A stretch of DNA of 58,408 nucleotides, the filler included, from Fonticula-like sp. SCN 57-25 (lineage: Eukaryota), in NCBI GenBank assembly GCA_001724245.1. It is 5 parts of 5 records of this genome, joined end to end, with 100 filler letters (N's around TTAATTAATTAA, not from the genome) between each part and the next. Parts side by side here need not be neighbours in the genome. Positions count along the whole stretch, not along the records: positions 1 to 12,270 come from MEDX01000200.1; 4 more parts are not named here. One strand, 5' to 3'. Positions 1-12,370 of this stretch are shown in pieces. Made by a program: the position numbers and the translations under genes. How positions within the stretch are numbered: the stretch's first letter is position 1; each line of letters begins with the position of its first letter. The notes below the pieces were generated by a model, which saw only the letters and a list, made by a program, of their open reading frames with translations, had not been told where the DNA came from and did no database searches.

Positions 1-421
1 ACGAATGCGGTCCGCCTGCGAGATATCGACAGAAGGAGTTGCATTGCTGCTGTTATTGTGAGACGAATGGTGATCGCCGTCACTGCTAGGCTCACCGCTC
101 AGGGCGGGCGACGACATGTCTCTCTCCCCTGCGGCGTGTTGCACGTATCCAAGTTCTGTGTGAAAACAGCACCTAAAGGCGAACGGTCTCCGCCCCTCCG
201 TGATTGGTCAGGAACCAAAAAATGTGCCCAATTTGGCTAAATTCCTACCGGATTTGGATTCGGAGCCATTCACCGCTTTCATAGGGGCAGCGGCCGTCGT
301 TCGGGGGCGGCAACATCGAGGGTCGCGCTGCGAGAAGAGGGTCAGGACGCGACTGGAAAGGAAGCCCAAGAAACGGACATAAATAAAGGTTGGCCGTGCC
401 CGGTTTTTGAGAGAGTGGAAA

Positions 422-3400
422 ATGGAGCCGCCAAGGGCACGGGCGGCGTGATTGGCGGCATCAGCGCTCCTTGTCCTGCTTCTCGTGTCGTTGGGCGCGA
501 TGAGCGCTGCGGCTGCAGGTGCGCCGCGAGCTCGCCGCGGGAAAGCCCAACTAATTTTTTTTTTCTAGATTGCGCGGACCAGTCTGGGCAGACGCAATTG
601 GGAGATCTCGTCTCGCTTGGCGGCTTGACGGCCTGCGCCTGCAACTCGGGCGTTACGGGGACCACACCGCTGGCCTGCGACATTCCCATGCCTGCATCCT
701 GCGCAGACAATATTTTAACGCCGAACCCTTTGGTGGNTTTTTTTTTGTTTCTTCATTTTAATCTGTCGGTACATAGGAATCCGTACTCCATTCAGCGAGT
801 GGAGCTCCAAGGCGGCAAACTCATGGTGGAGTTTAGCAGTGCTTTCGAGGAGGGGCGTCGCCTTTATGACGTTCGCTTTCAAGTACGCATTTTTTCCCCT
901 ATTTAATATGAATAGCATGCTAACGGGCGCAGGGATCGAACGCGACGTGTATTCTCCCGTACTCGTCCTACTGGACGCACAGCATCGCCGAGAGCGCCTG
1001 CCGCGATGTGTTCAGGGCGGCCCTCCCGCTCACTTCTCTTACCACGGTGCGTCTTGTTATGGTTTACCACTTTATCTCTTGCTGACTCGTTCCCTTTTTT
1101 ATTAACAGGAGTGTGGCCTTTCCGCGCTCCACAACCCGTCGAGCATTCTTGTGAGCGGGACGCTTCACTTCCGCTCGCACTATGAACACTTTATGAAGGG
1201 CAACGTGTCGACGATGATTGAGCAGTCGTCTCGTGTCCACATTGACATTAATCTCCCGCGCATCATTGACGTTACCGCGAACGCGACGACGGTTTACGCG
1301 CCTGTCGACGTGACCGCGTCCATCATCAACGCGTACTTCAACTCGACGTCGGGCATCGGCTACATTGTGTACCGCACGACGGCGATCTTTCCGTACCGCC
1401 TGACGCCGCCGATGCAAGTCAAGACGACCCCCGGCGGCGTTACCGCAACAATGCAGGACCCGCAGGACTCGTCGTGCCCGACGTGGAGCGACTCGGACTG
1501 CGTGCAGACGTGGGTCATGGAAGTGGTCCCGCAGGACACCTGCTCGTTCTCGGGCGCGTACACGCCGTCCCTGACCATCTCGTGCCGCGAGGGGATGAAC
1601 TGCCCCGCGCTCGTGTCGCCCTTTGCCGACCTCGTCTCGTCGGTCATCTCGGGCACGACGTGCGGCGAGCTCGTGCTGAGCGACCGCCCAAGCGGCTCCG
1701 TGACGAGCATTTCGATCGTCTCGGGCAGCATCGAGGACCCAGCGGGCACCAATCCGCGCGTCTACGTCAGCGAGACCATGGTGCTGCGCTTCTCGGGCAC
1801 GGGGCTCGAGGATGTCGCCTCGTCGGGCCAGTCGCCCACGTGCTTCATCGCATTCAAGGCGGGTACCAGCTCGGCCTACGACGCCGTCTTTGTTCCGGGC
1901 GACACGTCGCGTCAGTACATTGCGCGCACCGCCTACTTTGTCTCGGGCGCCTTTGAGTGCGCGTCACGGGCGTCGTTTTCGGAGTGGCAGACCGTCGACG
2001 CGCACCTCGCGTATATTTCGTCGTACTCGCCACAGCAATTCCTCTCGGCGACCGCGTCAACCGTCGCGGTTGTTGCACGCGCACCGCTCGCCACATCCTT
2101 CACTTTCAACGCCGCCTGTACGTCTCTCGTCGTCGAGCTGAGCGCCGCGAGCGTGTTTGCGTCGGGCGCCAACGATACGGTTCCGTGCTCGCTACTGCTC
2201 GACACGCCGGCCGCCGCCTTTGCCGCTGCACAGGTGCTCGACTCGATGGCCATGGACAACGCCATTGACGTTGGCACCACCGCCGCGTCGTGCCAGGCAT
2301 ACTTTGCATCGTCGACGCGCCTTGTGCTGGCGCCGTCCGGCGCATTTGTCGCGTCGCTTGCATCAAACCGCATTCCACGCCCCGGCGCATTTGCCCTCTT
2401 CAGGCCCGGGGTCCTCATCGCCGCAGGCACGCCGCCGTCACACGCAGAGCCTTTTGTAGGCGGCCTCGCCAGCCTGATTGCCCCGGCCAACCCGGCGCCG
2501 CTGGTGGCTGCGTTCGACCTTCCTGCATCGCTGCCCGCCTGCGCTTCCGCCACGCTGTCCGCCTTGCGCTCGCCGGTCGGCACGATCCCGTTTAAGCGCG
2601 TTGCCTTTGAGCTGGACGCGACCGCGGTGCGCACGCGCATGTTGGCGGCCAACATCCCGCTCGAGTCGGTTGGCGAGGCGGTGATCAGCCAGGTGGCCGC
2701 GCTGCTCGCCAACAACGCGACCATCTTTACCCGCACGATCCCCAGTAACACGCTTGTTGGCGGCGTCGCGTACCCGTTCTCGATCACACTTGAGAACGTG
2801 TGCGGCGCCGTTGGCATCGTGTCTGCCGATATGGCGGTCGGTACTGTAGGGGGCGCGCCGTCCGTGCAGCTGCTCGCCACGCAGCTGGGCGCAAACGGCA
2901 TCCAGTTTGAGGCATCGGTGACGTCGGCCCAGCAGCTCGGGTGCACCGGCACGCTGCCGGCGCTCATCGCAGAGTACCGCTGGTCAATCGAGCGCCGCCT
3001 CGCCAACGGGACGGTCGTCCCGCCTGGCCCACCATCTACCGGCGCGTCGTCGCTCTTTGTTGTTCGCGCGTCGGAGGCCTCCGCGGGTGACACGCTCACC
3101 GCCACCTGCGCCATGTACTCGGCTACGGGCCAGCTCATCGCGTCGTCTTTGGCTTCCACCGTCCTTCGCGGTGTCGCGCCGTCGCCACACTTTGTGTCTG
3201 GCCAGCGCATCTCTGTGCCGAGCGGAACTGGCGTCGCTGACCTTTCCATCGCGGTGGAAGACATGAGCCGCTTGGTGGTCGCCACGTCGGACGCGCAACA
3301 GCTCGCGCCGCTGTACGCCTTTGCTTGGACCTGCACGACTGCCGGCGGGTCGCCGTGCGTGCAGACGGACGGCGAGACGCCGCTTGTGATTCCGGCCGTG

Positions 3401-6393
3401 TCCAACCCGCAGCTGCAAGTCGCTGGCCTTGCTATTGCCACGGGCGGCGTGCCGGCCTTCCCCATTACCGTTCGCGTCACTGTGACGCCCTTTGCGGGCG
3501 GCGCCGACCTTGCATCAAGCGCGTCGGCGACCGTTCAGCTGAGCTCGCTCCCGCCGCTCCCCGTGACGTGAGCGCTATCGACGACGACGCCGGCCGGCCG
3601 TTCGGACGCCTTTTCGGAACGCTTCCGTCGCCAGCTCGTGAGCGGGCGGCGGTTTGGGCTCAATTGCTCGCTGCCGCTGGAGGCGTCGTCGACGGCGCCG
3701 TCGCTCGTGGTGTCGTCCGAGTACGACCCGCTCGGCGACGGCACCGGAGCGACTTTGCTCATGATGACGCCCGAGGACATTGTGCTGCCGATTGAGTACA
3801 CGCTGAGCACGGGCAACACGGAGCTGCTGTCGGTGTTTTCAGCGCGTCGCACGCACTACACAAGCCACTTTAGGCTAGCGCTGAGCGCGTTGCTACCAGG
3901 CCGCGCATACAGCTTCCAAGTCAAGGTGCCGGCGCCCCCGGGGTCCGCGTACGGCGACTTTGAGTCTGTTTACAGCGTCACTGTTCCGACGGGTCCTTTT
4001 GGCGGCGCATGCTCGCTGAGCCCAGCCGGCGCGACGATCACAGTGCTTCAGGACGAGGTTACGGTTGCGTGCAGCAACTGGGCGACGGACGCGTCGGCAA
4101 CCCCGCTGACGTACCAAGTTGTCCTCACGGCTCCCAACGCCACCGCATCAACGTCGACCGACAGCCCCGTCGTCGCCGAGCTGACGGTGCCGAGCTTCCT
4201 TCCGACGGCGACTGTGGTGCTCTCGCAGACAGGCTCGTTCTCCGTCTACGTCATCATCCGGGACCGTACGGGCGGTCTACTTGTGTCGCACGCAGGCGAC
4301 GTCGTTGCGGTTAGCCCCGCCGACATGGGCGGCGTGCTCGACTCGTACGCCGAGAGCGTGCATGAGCAGTGGATCGAGTCGCGCGACGTGCGCCAGTGCA
4401 TGGAGGGAATGATCAACTTTGCGCAGACGGCGTCCAACAACCCGGGCGTGGCGACCAACACGTCCATTGCGCTAATCGCGGACCTCCTGCTGAATGTCGT
4501 CGAAGGCAGCGAGCTGGACCACTCTGTGTTTGGGCCGTCGGCCGCATCGTGCATGCAGCTGCTTGCTAGCCTGCTTGAGAGCATGGGCGACGCGCCGGGC
4601 GATTCACGCAGGCGCGACGTGGGCGGCGACGCCATCTCGCGCATTGTGCTCGCGAGCGACCTTGTGTGCAGCCTGAGTCACCTTGTGCAGCAGATGTCGG
4701 CGAGCGCGTCGACCTCGGGCGACTGCTTTGACGAGAGCGTTTTCGCCACCGCCGTCGACGCGATGGGCATGTTTGTGCACCACATTGGCGCGGCCAACGT
4801 GACGGAAGAGGCGCTCGCCGATGCGGGCGTCACGGCCGCCGGCCTGTTTTCGTGCTACACGGCCATGACGCACGCGTCGTGCGCCTGCTACTCGCGCCTC
4901 CTCGTGGCCGACGAGCCCGCCGTGCAGGCCGAGTCGGCGCACATGCAGGCGGCGTGCGCGGTCGGCGCGGCTTCCTCGGCCATGTCGTTCTGTGGCTCGC
5001 TGACGGACTCTGTAACCTTTTCGGCCGACTTTGCGACGCGACGCTCGCCGGCATGACCGATGCGGTCAGCTCGTCGTGTGCGACCGTTTTTGACAATGTG
5101 TTTGGCACGAACCACACGCTGTCGTCGGTTCCTGCGTACGTCAACACGCGCATCAGCAGTCTGACGCTGCAGCGCGGCGACGGCATCGCGGACTCGCCCT
5201 TCACCAAGGGTAGCTTTACCTTTTCGCTGGTGCTTGATGCAAGCGCCCTCGCGCTCTTGTCCGAGATGGTGGCGCCCGACGGCGTCCCCGGCGACGACCT
5301 CTTTGGCCCGACCACAATTGAGACCCCGCCTTACCACGCGTTCGACGGCATCTGCGTCTTCTTTGACGACGACGCGTGGTCCGACCGCGAGTGCACGATG
5401 CTCGGCTTCAACCTCACTCTTGCCACGGTCACCTGCCGCTGCAACCACCTTTCGGACTTTTCGGTCGTGCTCACGCAGGCGCCGCCACAGTTTGTCGAGT
5501 CGACGCCGCAGGACGCGCGCATCATGGTTGGTATTATTGTCATCGGCTCGTGCATCCTCGTCGGCGAAATCGCCGGCTCACTCGTCATCTGGCGCATCTA
5601 CATTATCCCGACGGCGCGCGCCACGGGCAGCCCCAAGGCGCCCCGCGGCGACGAGGCGGCCGACGCCACTTCGCCCGCCGCCGTCACCCGCAGCGGCACG
5701 GTGCCGCGGCTGCCCAAGCACCTCAGCTTGCTAGGCATCACAACGCTACCCGACGGCGCTGCGCCGCTCGACGGCGAGCCCGCACCGCGCCCGACGCCCG
5801 ACGAGGAGATGCTCGCGTCGCCCACTCCCGAAGTGGTACCCGCGGGCGTCAACAGGAACCTCACCACTCGCAGGCAGAAGCGCGCAGAGCGGCGCGCGCG
5901 CATTACCGAGGAGCAGTCGCGGCCAGACTACGTCGCAACGTTTGTCCCGTCCGCGACGGCGCCGCTTGCCGTGCCAAAGGTGGAGTACCCGCCCGAGCTG
6001 TCGACGCCCATCGAGGCGACGCGGGCGGTGACCACAAGGGTGGTGGCTGGCGCCGAGGTTGTCGTCGTCGCAGACGTGTCGCCGTTGCCGTCCCCCGCCC
6101 CCGTCGCGTCGCCCGCCATGCCCGCTGCTGCGTCTCCCGCCATGCCCGCAGCCGCGTCACCTGTCATGCCCGCGACGCCGACGACGCCCGTGTCGGCCGT
6201 TGTAATCGAGCCGGCCACGCGGCGCGTGTACGTCCCGCCGGGCATGGCGCCGCGGCAGGCGACAAGCGTCATCACGGGCGTTGAAGACGAGCTGTCGCTC
6301 AAGATTGCCCAGCTGCAGATTGAAAAGGAGCAGCTCATGCTCAAGGTCGCGGCGAGAAAGAAGCGCGAGGCGCGAAAGCGCGACCAGGAGTGA
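422..6393 (+). CDS. Large REJ/GAIN-GPS (polycystin-1-like ectodomain) single-pass membrane protein; reading frame disrupted by 2 in-frame TGA and 1 frameshift
   Basis: Exons about 422-518, 569-~733, 777-882, 933-1046 and 1109-6393, with GT..AG introns that keep frame. Signal peptide MEPPRARAA*LAASALLVLLLVSLGAMSAAAA. REJ-like segments (YRWSI, YAFAWTC, GPFGGACSLSP..TVACSNW..PLTYQV). GPS motif CVFFDDDAWSDREC..VTCRCNHLSDFSV. One TM (IMVGIIVIGSCILVGEIAGSLVIW), Pro-rich tail and terminal coiled coil. TGA at 449-451 and 3569-3571, frame change near 5033-5040. Confidence 0.75.
6104..6172 (+). repeat. Three imperfect 24-bp coding repeats (ASPAMPAA)
   Basis: Translation VASPAMPAAASPAMPAAASPVMPA in the cytoplasmic tail. 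Confidence 0.8.
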
Positions 6394-6696
6394 TTTTCGT
6401 GAGGCGAATAGTTGTTTTTTGATGGTTTGTTTCATATATCATTATTGTTGTTGTTGTTGTTGCATAGTTCCGTTGACCTTTGACGTGCATTTTGTGTACA
6501 TTGTGTAAAGGGTGCGCGACGTATTGGCGCAGAAGAGTTTTTATATCGCATGTATAAAGGTGATACCATATTTGTTCCGCTTTCTGCCACTCAGAATTTG
6601 GTTATTTTATTCGCGCGGCGAATCAGCGAGTAACAACAAAACAAAAGCAAAAGCAAAAGTAATTACGACGATCTTAGAATACAATGCTGCAACGCA

Positions 6697-7779
6697 CTAG
6701 AAGCGGCGAATGATGCTTGCCGCTGGGGCGTGCGCGGCCCCGTCCTGCAGCGCCCACGTGGGTATGTGCGGGTTCCTCCCCTGCGCGAGCGCGCCAAAGT
6801 AGCCTGCGCCACCGGCGTCCTCATAGTAGAGCGCCTGCGGCTGCTGCTGCACGTGGTGGTGCTGCGGGTGAACGACCTCGTACACTGGCCGCCGCTGGAA
6901 GAGCGACCCGGCCGACCGCATGATCGCGGGGTCCTCGTACATGATGTCGGCCGCCACTGGCGCGTGCTGCCGCAGCACAGGCTGCGACGAGCGGAACATG
7001 AGCGGGCCGGACGAACGGCCGACAAACGCGTCGTCGTCGTCAGCAACGATGCCGGCGCCGCCGCCGCCAACATGGCGGCGACCATCGTTCTGGATCGTGA
7101 TCACAACGTCCTCGGGGTTGACGCCGCGGCCACCGCGGGGAGCGGGGGAAGCAGCAGGAGCAGAGTTGGCGCGGGGCGCACCGCGACCGCGGGGGCGGTT
7201 CAATGCGCCGGCGGCCGATGCGGCGGCAGCTGCGGCGGGGGTGAGGCGAACAGATGACGCGGGGAGTGATGCCGGCCGCTGGTTCGAGGGGGAGGACGCC
7301 GCGGCGGAGAGGATCGCACGGCCGCGCGCATTGGACGTACGCGCAGGCGATGACGCCGACGCACCGCGGCGAGCGGGGGACGATGGCGTTGTTGTCGACC
7401 TGCAGAGGCAACCACATCAGCGGCTAGGAAAAAAGAGGGATTCGGGACGCACTGAAGGCGGTTGAACACTGCAGCACCACCGCGCGAGCGCTGCACAAGG
7501 AACAAGAGGAAGGAACAGGCGTGAGAAGCGTAGCGGCGGGATCGAGAGAGAGATGCCGTACCTGTGCCGATGCCGATGGCTGCGCGCGCGGCTGGGCCTG
7601 CACGACAGAAAGGCGACCCTGCAGCGATGCCTGCAAAGACGCACACAATCATATGAGCAATGCAATAGAGAGGGCAACAAGAATAATGGAAAGCGCGCGA
7701 GGGGCGCTCCAGTGCAACGTACGTTTGCGCGCGGGGCGCGGCCGCCGCGCCCTGCCTTGTTCCCGCTGTTGCGCGCCAT
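6697..7779 (-). CDS. Hypothetical low-complexity Ala/Arg/Gly/Pro-rich protein, multi-exon
   Basis: ATG at 7779 (MARNSGNKAGRGGRAPRAN) followed by a GTACGT donor. A long open frame runs from an acceptor near 7400 to the TAG at 6697. No recognisable domain. Confidence 0.5.
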
Positions 7780-8285
7780 ATCTGACACTAAACGTGCAGC
7801 CAACAGGCCTGCCACAGGTGTCCACAGGTCGATGGCGAAAATCTTGCAAGATGCCAAAAGACAAAAGTTCTGGCCGTCGAGTGGCCTTTCATGCAATTTT
7901 ACTGTGAAACGTGTGTGTGTATGACAAATAATGGCTCACAAATGAATAGCATAATGGAATAAACGAGTGTATTTAGGGCGCCAGAGCGCGCGTTGCTCGC
8001 CACTGGACGCCGCACGGCCCACGCGACCGCACGGTGTAAACTAGGGATCGGGTAGGAGCTACCAGCATGATGGTGCCAGGAGCGGGGAGGAGAAAGGTCG
8101 GGATCGCGCAAAAGCCAAACTGGCACAAAACTGGGGTGGCGATCCCTTTAAAAAGGCAATACTGTCAAAGGAGTGTCAACAAAAACAATGAAAAAAGCTG
8201 CACGACAAAGATCATGCAGCATCTAGAAAAGGCGCTGCGGCAAAACGCCCGCGTCCCGCTGGTCTACGTGTGACTGTACAGCCCC

Positions 8286-10726
8286 TCAAATGAGCTGGAA
8301 CTCGACGACGATATTCGTGACGAGGAAGCAGATGTAGTACGCGATGAGGACCATGGCGTACTTGCGGCCGGCCGAGAACTTGTTGACGATGATCACGGTG
8401 AGCGACATGATCAGCGAGATGTACAGGCCGGGGATGAGGACGTAGAGGTTCTTCTCAAAGGGGAGGGGGTACCACTCCTCCTCGTACGACATGACGCGCG
8501 CAGTGAACGCAATGCCGAGGCCCAGCAAAAGGTCTAAACGAAGAGTTTAGTTGTGTGAAAATAAGCAGATAAAACACCAAAAGAAGATGAAGGCGAATAA
8601 AACACCACGGAAAAGTATCAAAATGAGGTCAAAAGCAACCATTCTTCCATGCGAAAATGCAACATAAAGAAGGTAAAAATGACAAACACACAAAAGTTAC
8701 CATGAAAAATGCAACAAAAAAAGCCAAAAACAACACGTTACCGTTGTTCCCCTTCCACTTTCCCCGATCGCGTACTGAGGAGCGGCCCACCAAAGCAAGC
8801 GCTGACACCGATACCCGGGTAACCCTTCCTGGCAATCGCCGGGTTGGCCACGAGATCACCCAAACTGTTACCCCACGCGAGCACCGTCAAGCCAAGCAGC
8901 GCGTCGCTGATGCTAAAGAGTCGCCCCATGGTGAGCAGCACGCCGACGAGCTCGCCAGAAATGGTGTAAATCCAGAGCGCCGCCGTGCCAAAGCCGAGGA
9001 AGGCAAACGCCGGAAAGTAGACGGGCGCCACGTGGTTCTTGCTGGTGAAGAAGACGATGACGGCGCATCCGGCGCCGACGATGAGCGCAATCATCCAGGC
9101 GGCGAGCGCGCCGACCTCGTTGAAGCCGGTGGCCGTGGCGCACACGGCGAAAAAGGGGACAATGATCATCTGCAGCGTGGCCAGCGGGCGGTTCCAGCCG
9201 TGCAGGGCGCGCGCGGGGTTCACCATGGGCACGGTCAGGGCCAGGAAAAAGGAAATGGGCGCGGCGACGACGGCGACAAGCTTGGCAAAGATGGACATGT
9301 TGCGCCAGCGGCGGACGGCGGGGAAGAGGAGGTCGACGAGGGTGGGTGTCTCGTGGTCAAACTCGTCATCGTCCTCGGGGACGGGCACAAGCGCCGCGCT
9401 CGAGTCGGAAAGCAGACCGGTGCGCTCGTCGACAAGCACTGTGCGAGGCTGGTTAGCGCCTAAAACAATGAAAACGATCACGCACTGTGCATCTTTTGGG
9501 CGGCGACGACGGCCTCGGCGTTGACGTAAGGGTTGCGGTCGCTGATAAACTTGCTCCTGCACGACATTGTCAGCGTCAATACAACAAAAAAACCCCCAAA
9601 AGGTACGCACGAAGAGGTCGCAATCTCCTCGTAAGAGTCGTTGTTGATGCCCGTCTTGGAGGACTGGAGGGCGCTCGCCTTGTTGCGCTGGTACACGTAG
9701 CGGCCCACGATCACGACGAGAATGTACAGGAGATACAGCAGGATGAACACGATCGACATGCCAGCATTAATCGACTCATTCAACTAAAAGCCACACGGAA
9801 AAAAGGTTAATAAATAGCACATGCCATGGCGGCGGGATGCCGTGAACGTACGACGATGAGCAGGACGTAGGAGAGGCCGAGCAGGTAAAACCCGACATCG
9901 CGGATGAACGGCCGGCGGTTCACCTTGAAGGGCACCTGCAGGCCAATAACGCCGACGACGACGGTCGTAACAAAAACGCCGGCGCCGAGGAGCTGGCCGA
10001 GGGCGAGCATGGGCGTGTCGCTCTGGATCGCGGCGTACGAGCCAAAGAGATCCGGAGCGCCGTTGCCGAGGGCCAGGAACGTCACCTGGGAAGCAAAAAC
10101 ATATAAGAAAACAATTAAAGAAAAATCACAGACGTACACCGGCCATGTTCTCAGACATGCGGAGCTGCGTCGCGATGGTCCGCAGATTCTGGACAAAAAA
10201 GTCGTCCGCGACCGTGCCAAGCCAGACGAAAATCACAAGAAGCCAGACGATCTAGCACGCGATCGTGAGCAGGCAAAGATAGGCAAAGCGCTAATGCGTA
10301 CAAGAAGAACATATGAAAGCCACTGAATGTCGGCAAAGAGGCAAAAGTGGTTGTTGTAATAGTCGATGAGGGATTCAGGCGGACAATTCTCCGTAACGTA
10401 GAGGCACGCGTCCTCGGCCGCGTTCACGTCCACAAGCTCGCACTGCATGCAGGCAACTCATTAGCAACATTGATGCACAGTGCGGACAGGTCAGGGCGTA
10501 CCGGGTAGGGATCCGACTCTCCCGGCGGCGGGGTGGTCTCGTTCAATGCCAGCGGCATGTCAACGCCGCCGTGTGCGCTCAAGAGACCGCGCGTCGCCGC
10601 GAGCGACGCCTTGCCCGCGAGCTGCTTGGAGGCCAGCGACGACGCTGTCCTCGACGTCGAATGTATCATGAGGCCAAAGGCGAAGAGCGCCCAGAAGGCC
10701 TTGGATGGCATGCGGATTCCCAGCAT
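8286..10726 (-). CDS. SLC8B1: Cation/Ca2+ exchanger, NCLX/CCX (SLC8B1-like) family
   Basis: Alpha-1 repeat VTFLALGNGAPDLF, RRPFIRDVGFY, alpha-2 repeat GLTVLAWGNSLGDLVAN..GYP..SACFGGPLLNLLLGLG, Cys-containing N-terminal loop. About 7 exons with canonical introns. Confidence 0.9.
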
Positions 10727-11167
10727 GGCGCCACCCGTGCGTCCGCCGCGGTGCTCAAACAAAAAAGTGAAGTAAAAAAGAGAATTTGGGGTGGAATTTG
10801 GGGTATTCACGGGGTCACGTCAATATGAGTGGAACACGAACATCCTTCGATCCGAGCCAATCGCAATTGCTGACGGCCAATAGGTGAACTAATGGTTGGT
10901 CTTGTAGCCAAAAAAGGAAATCCGTTCGACACGGCGTGGAAGCGTGGAAGCGTCTGCGCTGCAAAGTGTTGGCGGCAGACCGGCAGCGGTTCCGGTCGGT
11001 TCCGGTCAGCATTTCGCTATTGTTAGCAAGCGCCCGCCCCTGAGCCGTGGTTCGGGAGCGCCTGGTGGCCTGCTTGAGCGGTCTGCTTTTATTTCAGCGT
11101 CCCTTTCCTTAATTTCGTGTTCGCGCACAACCTTTCTTCCTCGGCGCACTTTGCACTGAGCACTTCA

Positions 11168-12270
11168 ATGTCGTTCGCGCCATACTCGGTGTCGGTGGAC
11201 GCGGCCGACGATGGCGAGTCGTCGGCGGCCGCCAACGCGCGCAAGAACGGTAACCTCTTTTCCGACCAGCTCGACGGGGACGAGCTGGGCATGCCGGAGG
11301 ACGACGGCCAGGGCCTCGGCTACGATGCGCCCATCGACCAGCAGCTCGAGAGCATCGCCAGCCTGCGCGCCGTCCTTCGGTCGCAAATTTGTACGCCCTT
11401 TTGAATGCACTGCAAATGCGCTTTTTGTGCCTTTGCTCTTTTTTTTTCCATGCGAATTACCTCTTGTTCTCCTCGCCTCCCTTTTAACTGTCGCTTGATC
11501 TTTTCTCTTTTCTGTTGCTAACGCGCTTGTGCTTGTTTCCAGCAAACGGCAGCCACCCGCCGTCCTCTTCCGCGAACCCCCTTTCGCCGCGCGTCTCCAA
11601 CGAGGCTCCCCGGGCGGTTTCTCAGCCGCCGCCGATCACGTCGCGCCCCCCTCCGCTCCCGACAACAGCGGCGCCTCAGCTCCCCCCTTCGCTCCCCGCG
11701 CTCGCGCGCGCTGTCCCGCCGCCGCTCGCCGTCCCCCCCACCCGCGTCCCACTTTCCGCCATGACGGCGCTGCCGCCGCCACCGCTCCCCATCATGGGCG
11801 CGCCGCGCGCGGCTGTTGCCCCTGCCGCGCCGCTGCCGCCGTCGATGTCGCGCAGCGCGTCGTCAAACGAGCCGCTGTCGGCCCTCGCGTCGACAAACAG
11901 CTCGGCGGCGTCGCTCCGGTCGGCCCCAATGTCGCCCGCCGCGCAGCCGGTGACCATCCACGAGGAGGCGGGCGAGGCGCGGGCGCCTGCCCGTAGCGCA
12001 TCGTCGACGCCAGCCGCGTCAGCTCCCACAACACCAACCGCCGCTGCCGCTGCCGCCGCCGCCGCCGCCGCTGCTGCTGCGGTCGCGACAGTAGAGGACG
12101 CGCCACCGTCGTATGACGACCTCCCGCCGTACAGCGCCCTTGACATGGTGCCGGCGCCGCGCCGCCGCGCCGTCGAGCGTTCCTCGCGCCCGTACGGCGA
12201 GCTCCCGAACGGCGTCCTTTCGCATGTACCGTCGGGCCACCTGCGCTCGCCGACGGAGAGCAGACCGCCG
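11168..12270 (+). CDS. Proline-rich hypothetical protein with PY motifs, 3'-truncated by spacer
   Basis: Exon 1 from MSFAPYSV, intron about 11390-11542, exon 2 Pro/Ala-rich with APPSYDDLPPY and a polyAla tract. Runs into Ns. Confidence 0.6.
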
Positions 12271-12370
12271 NNNNNNNNNNNNNNNNNNNNNNNNNNNNNN
12301 NNNNNNNNNNNNNNTTAATTAATTAANNNNNNNNNNNNNNNNNNNNNNNNNNNNNNNNNNNNNNNNNNNN
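12271..12370. other. Artificial contig spacer (N44-TTAATTAATTAA-N44)
   Basis: Exactly 100 nt; the central 12-mer puts stops in all six frames. Confidence 0.98.

Noticed and set aside
1-117. First exon of a divergent minus-strand gene (ATG at 117, then a GTGAGC donor)
   Set aside because: Plausible, but too little sequence is in the window to support a call.
1933-3480. 515-aa antisense ORF
   Set aside because: Shadow of the GC-rich coding strand; no domain.
449-3571. Selenocysteine reading of the two TGAs
   Set aside because: One lies in a signal peptide, neither is in a redox motif, and I could not identify a SECIS.
12315-12326. TTAATTAATTAA as a piggyBac TTAA target or biological palindrome
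   Set aside because: Always centred in exactly 44+44 Ns, so it is a synthetic linker.
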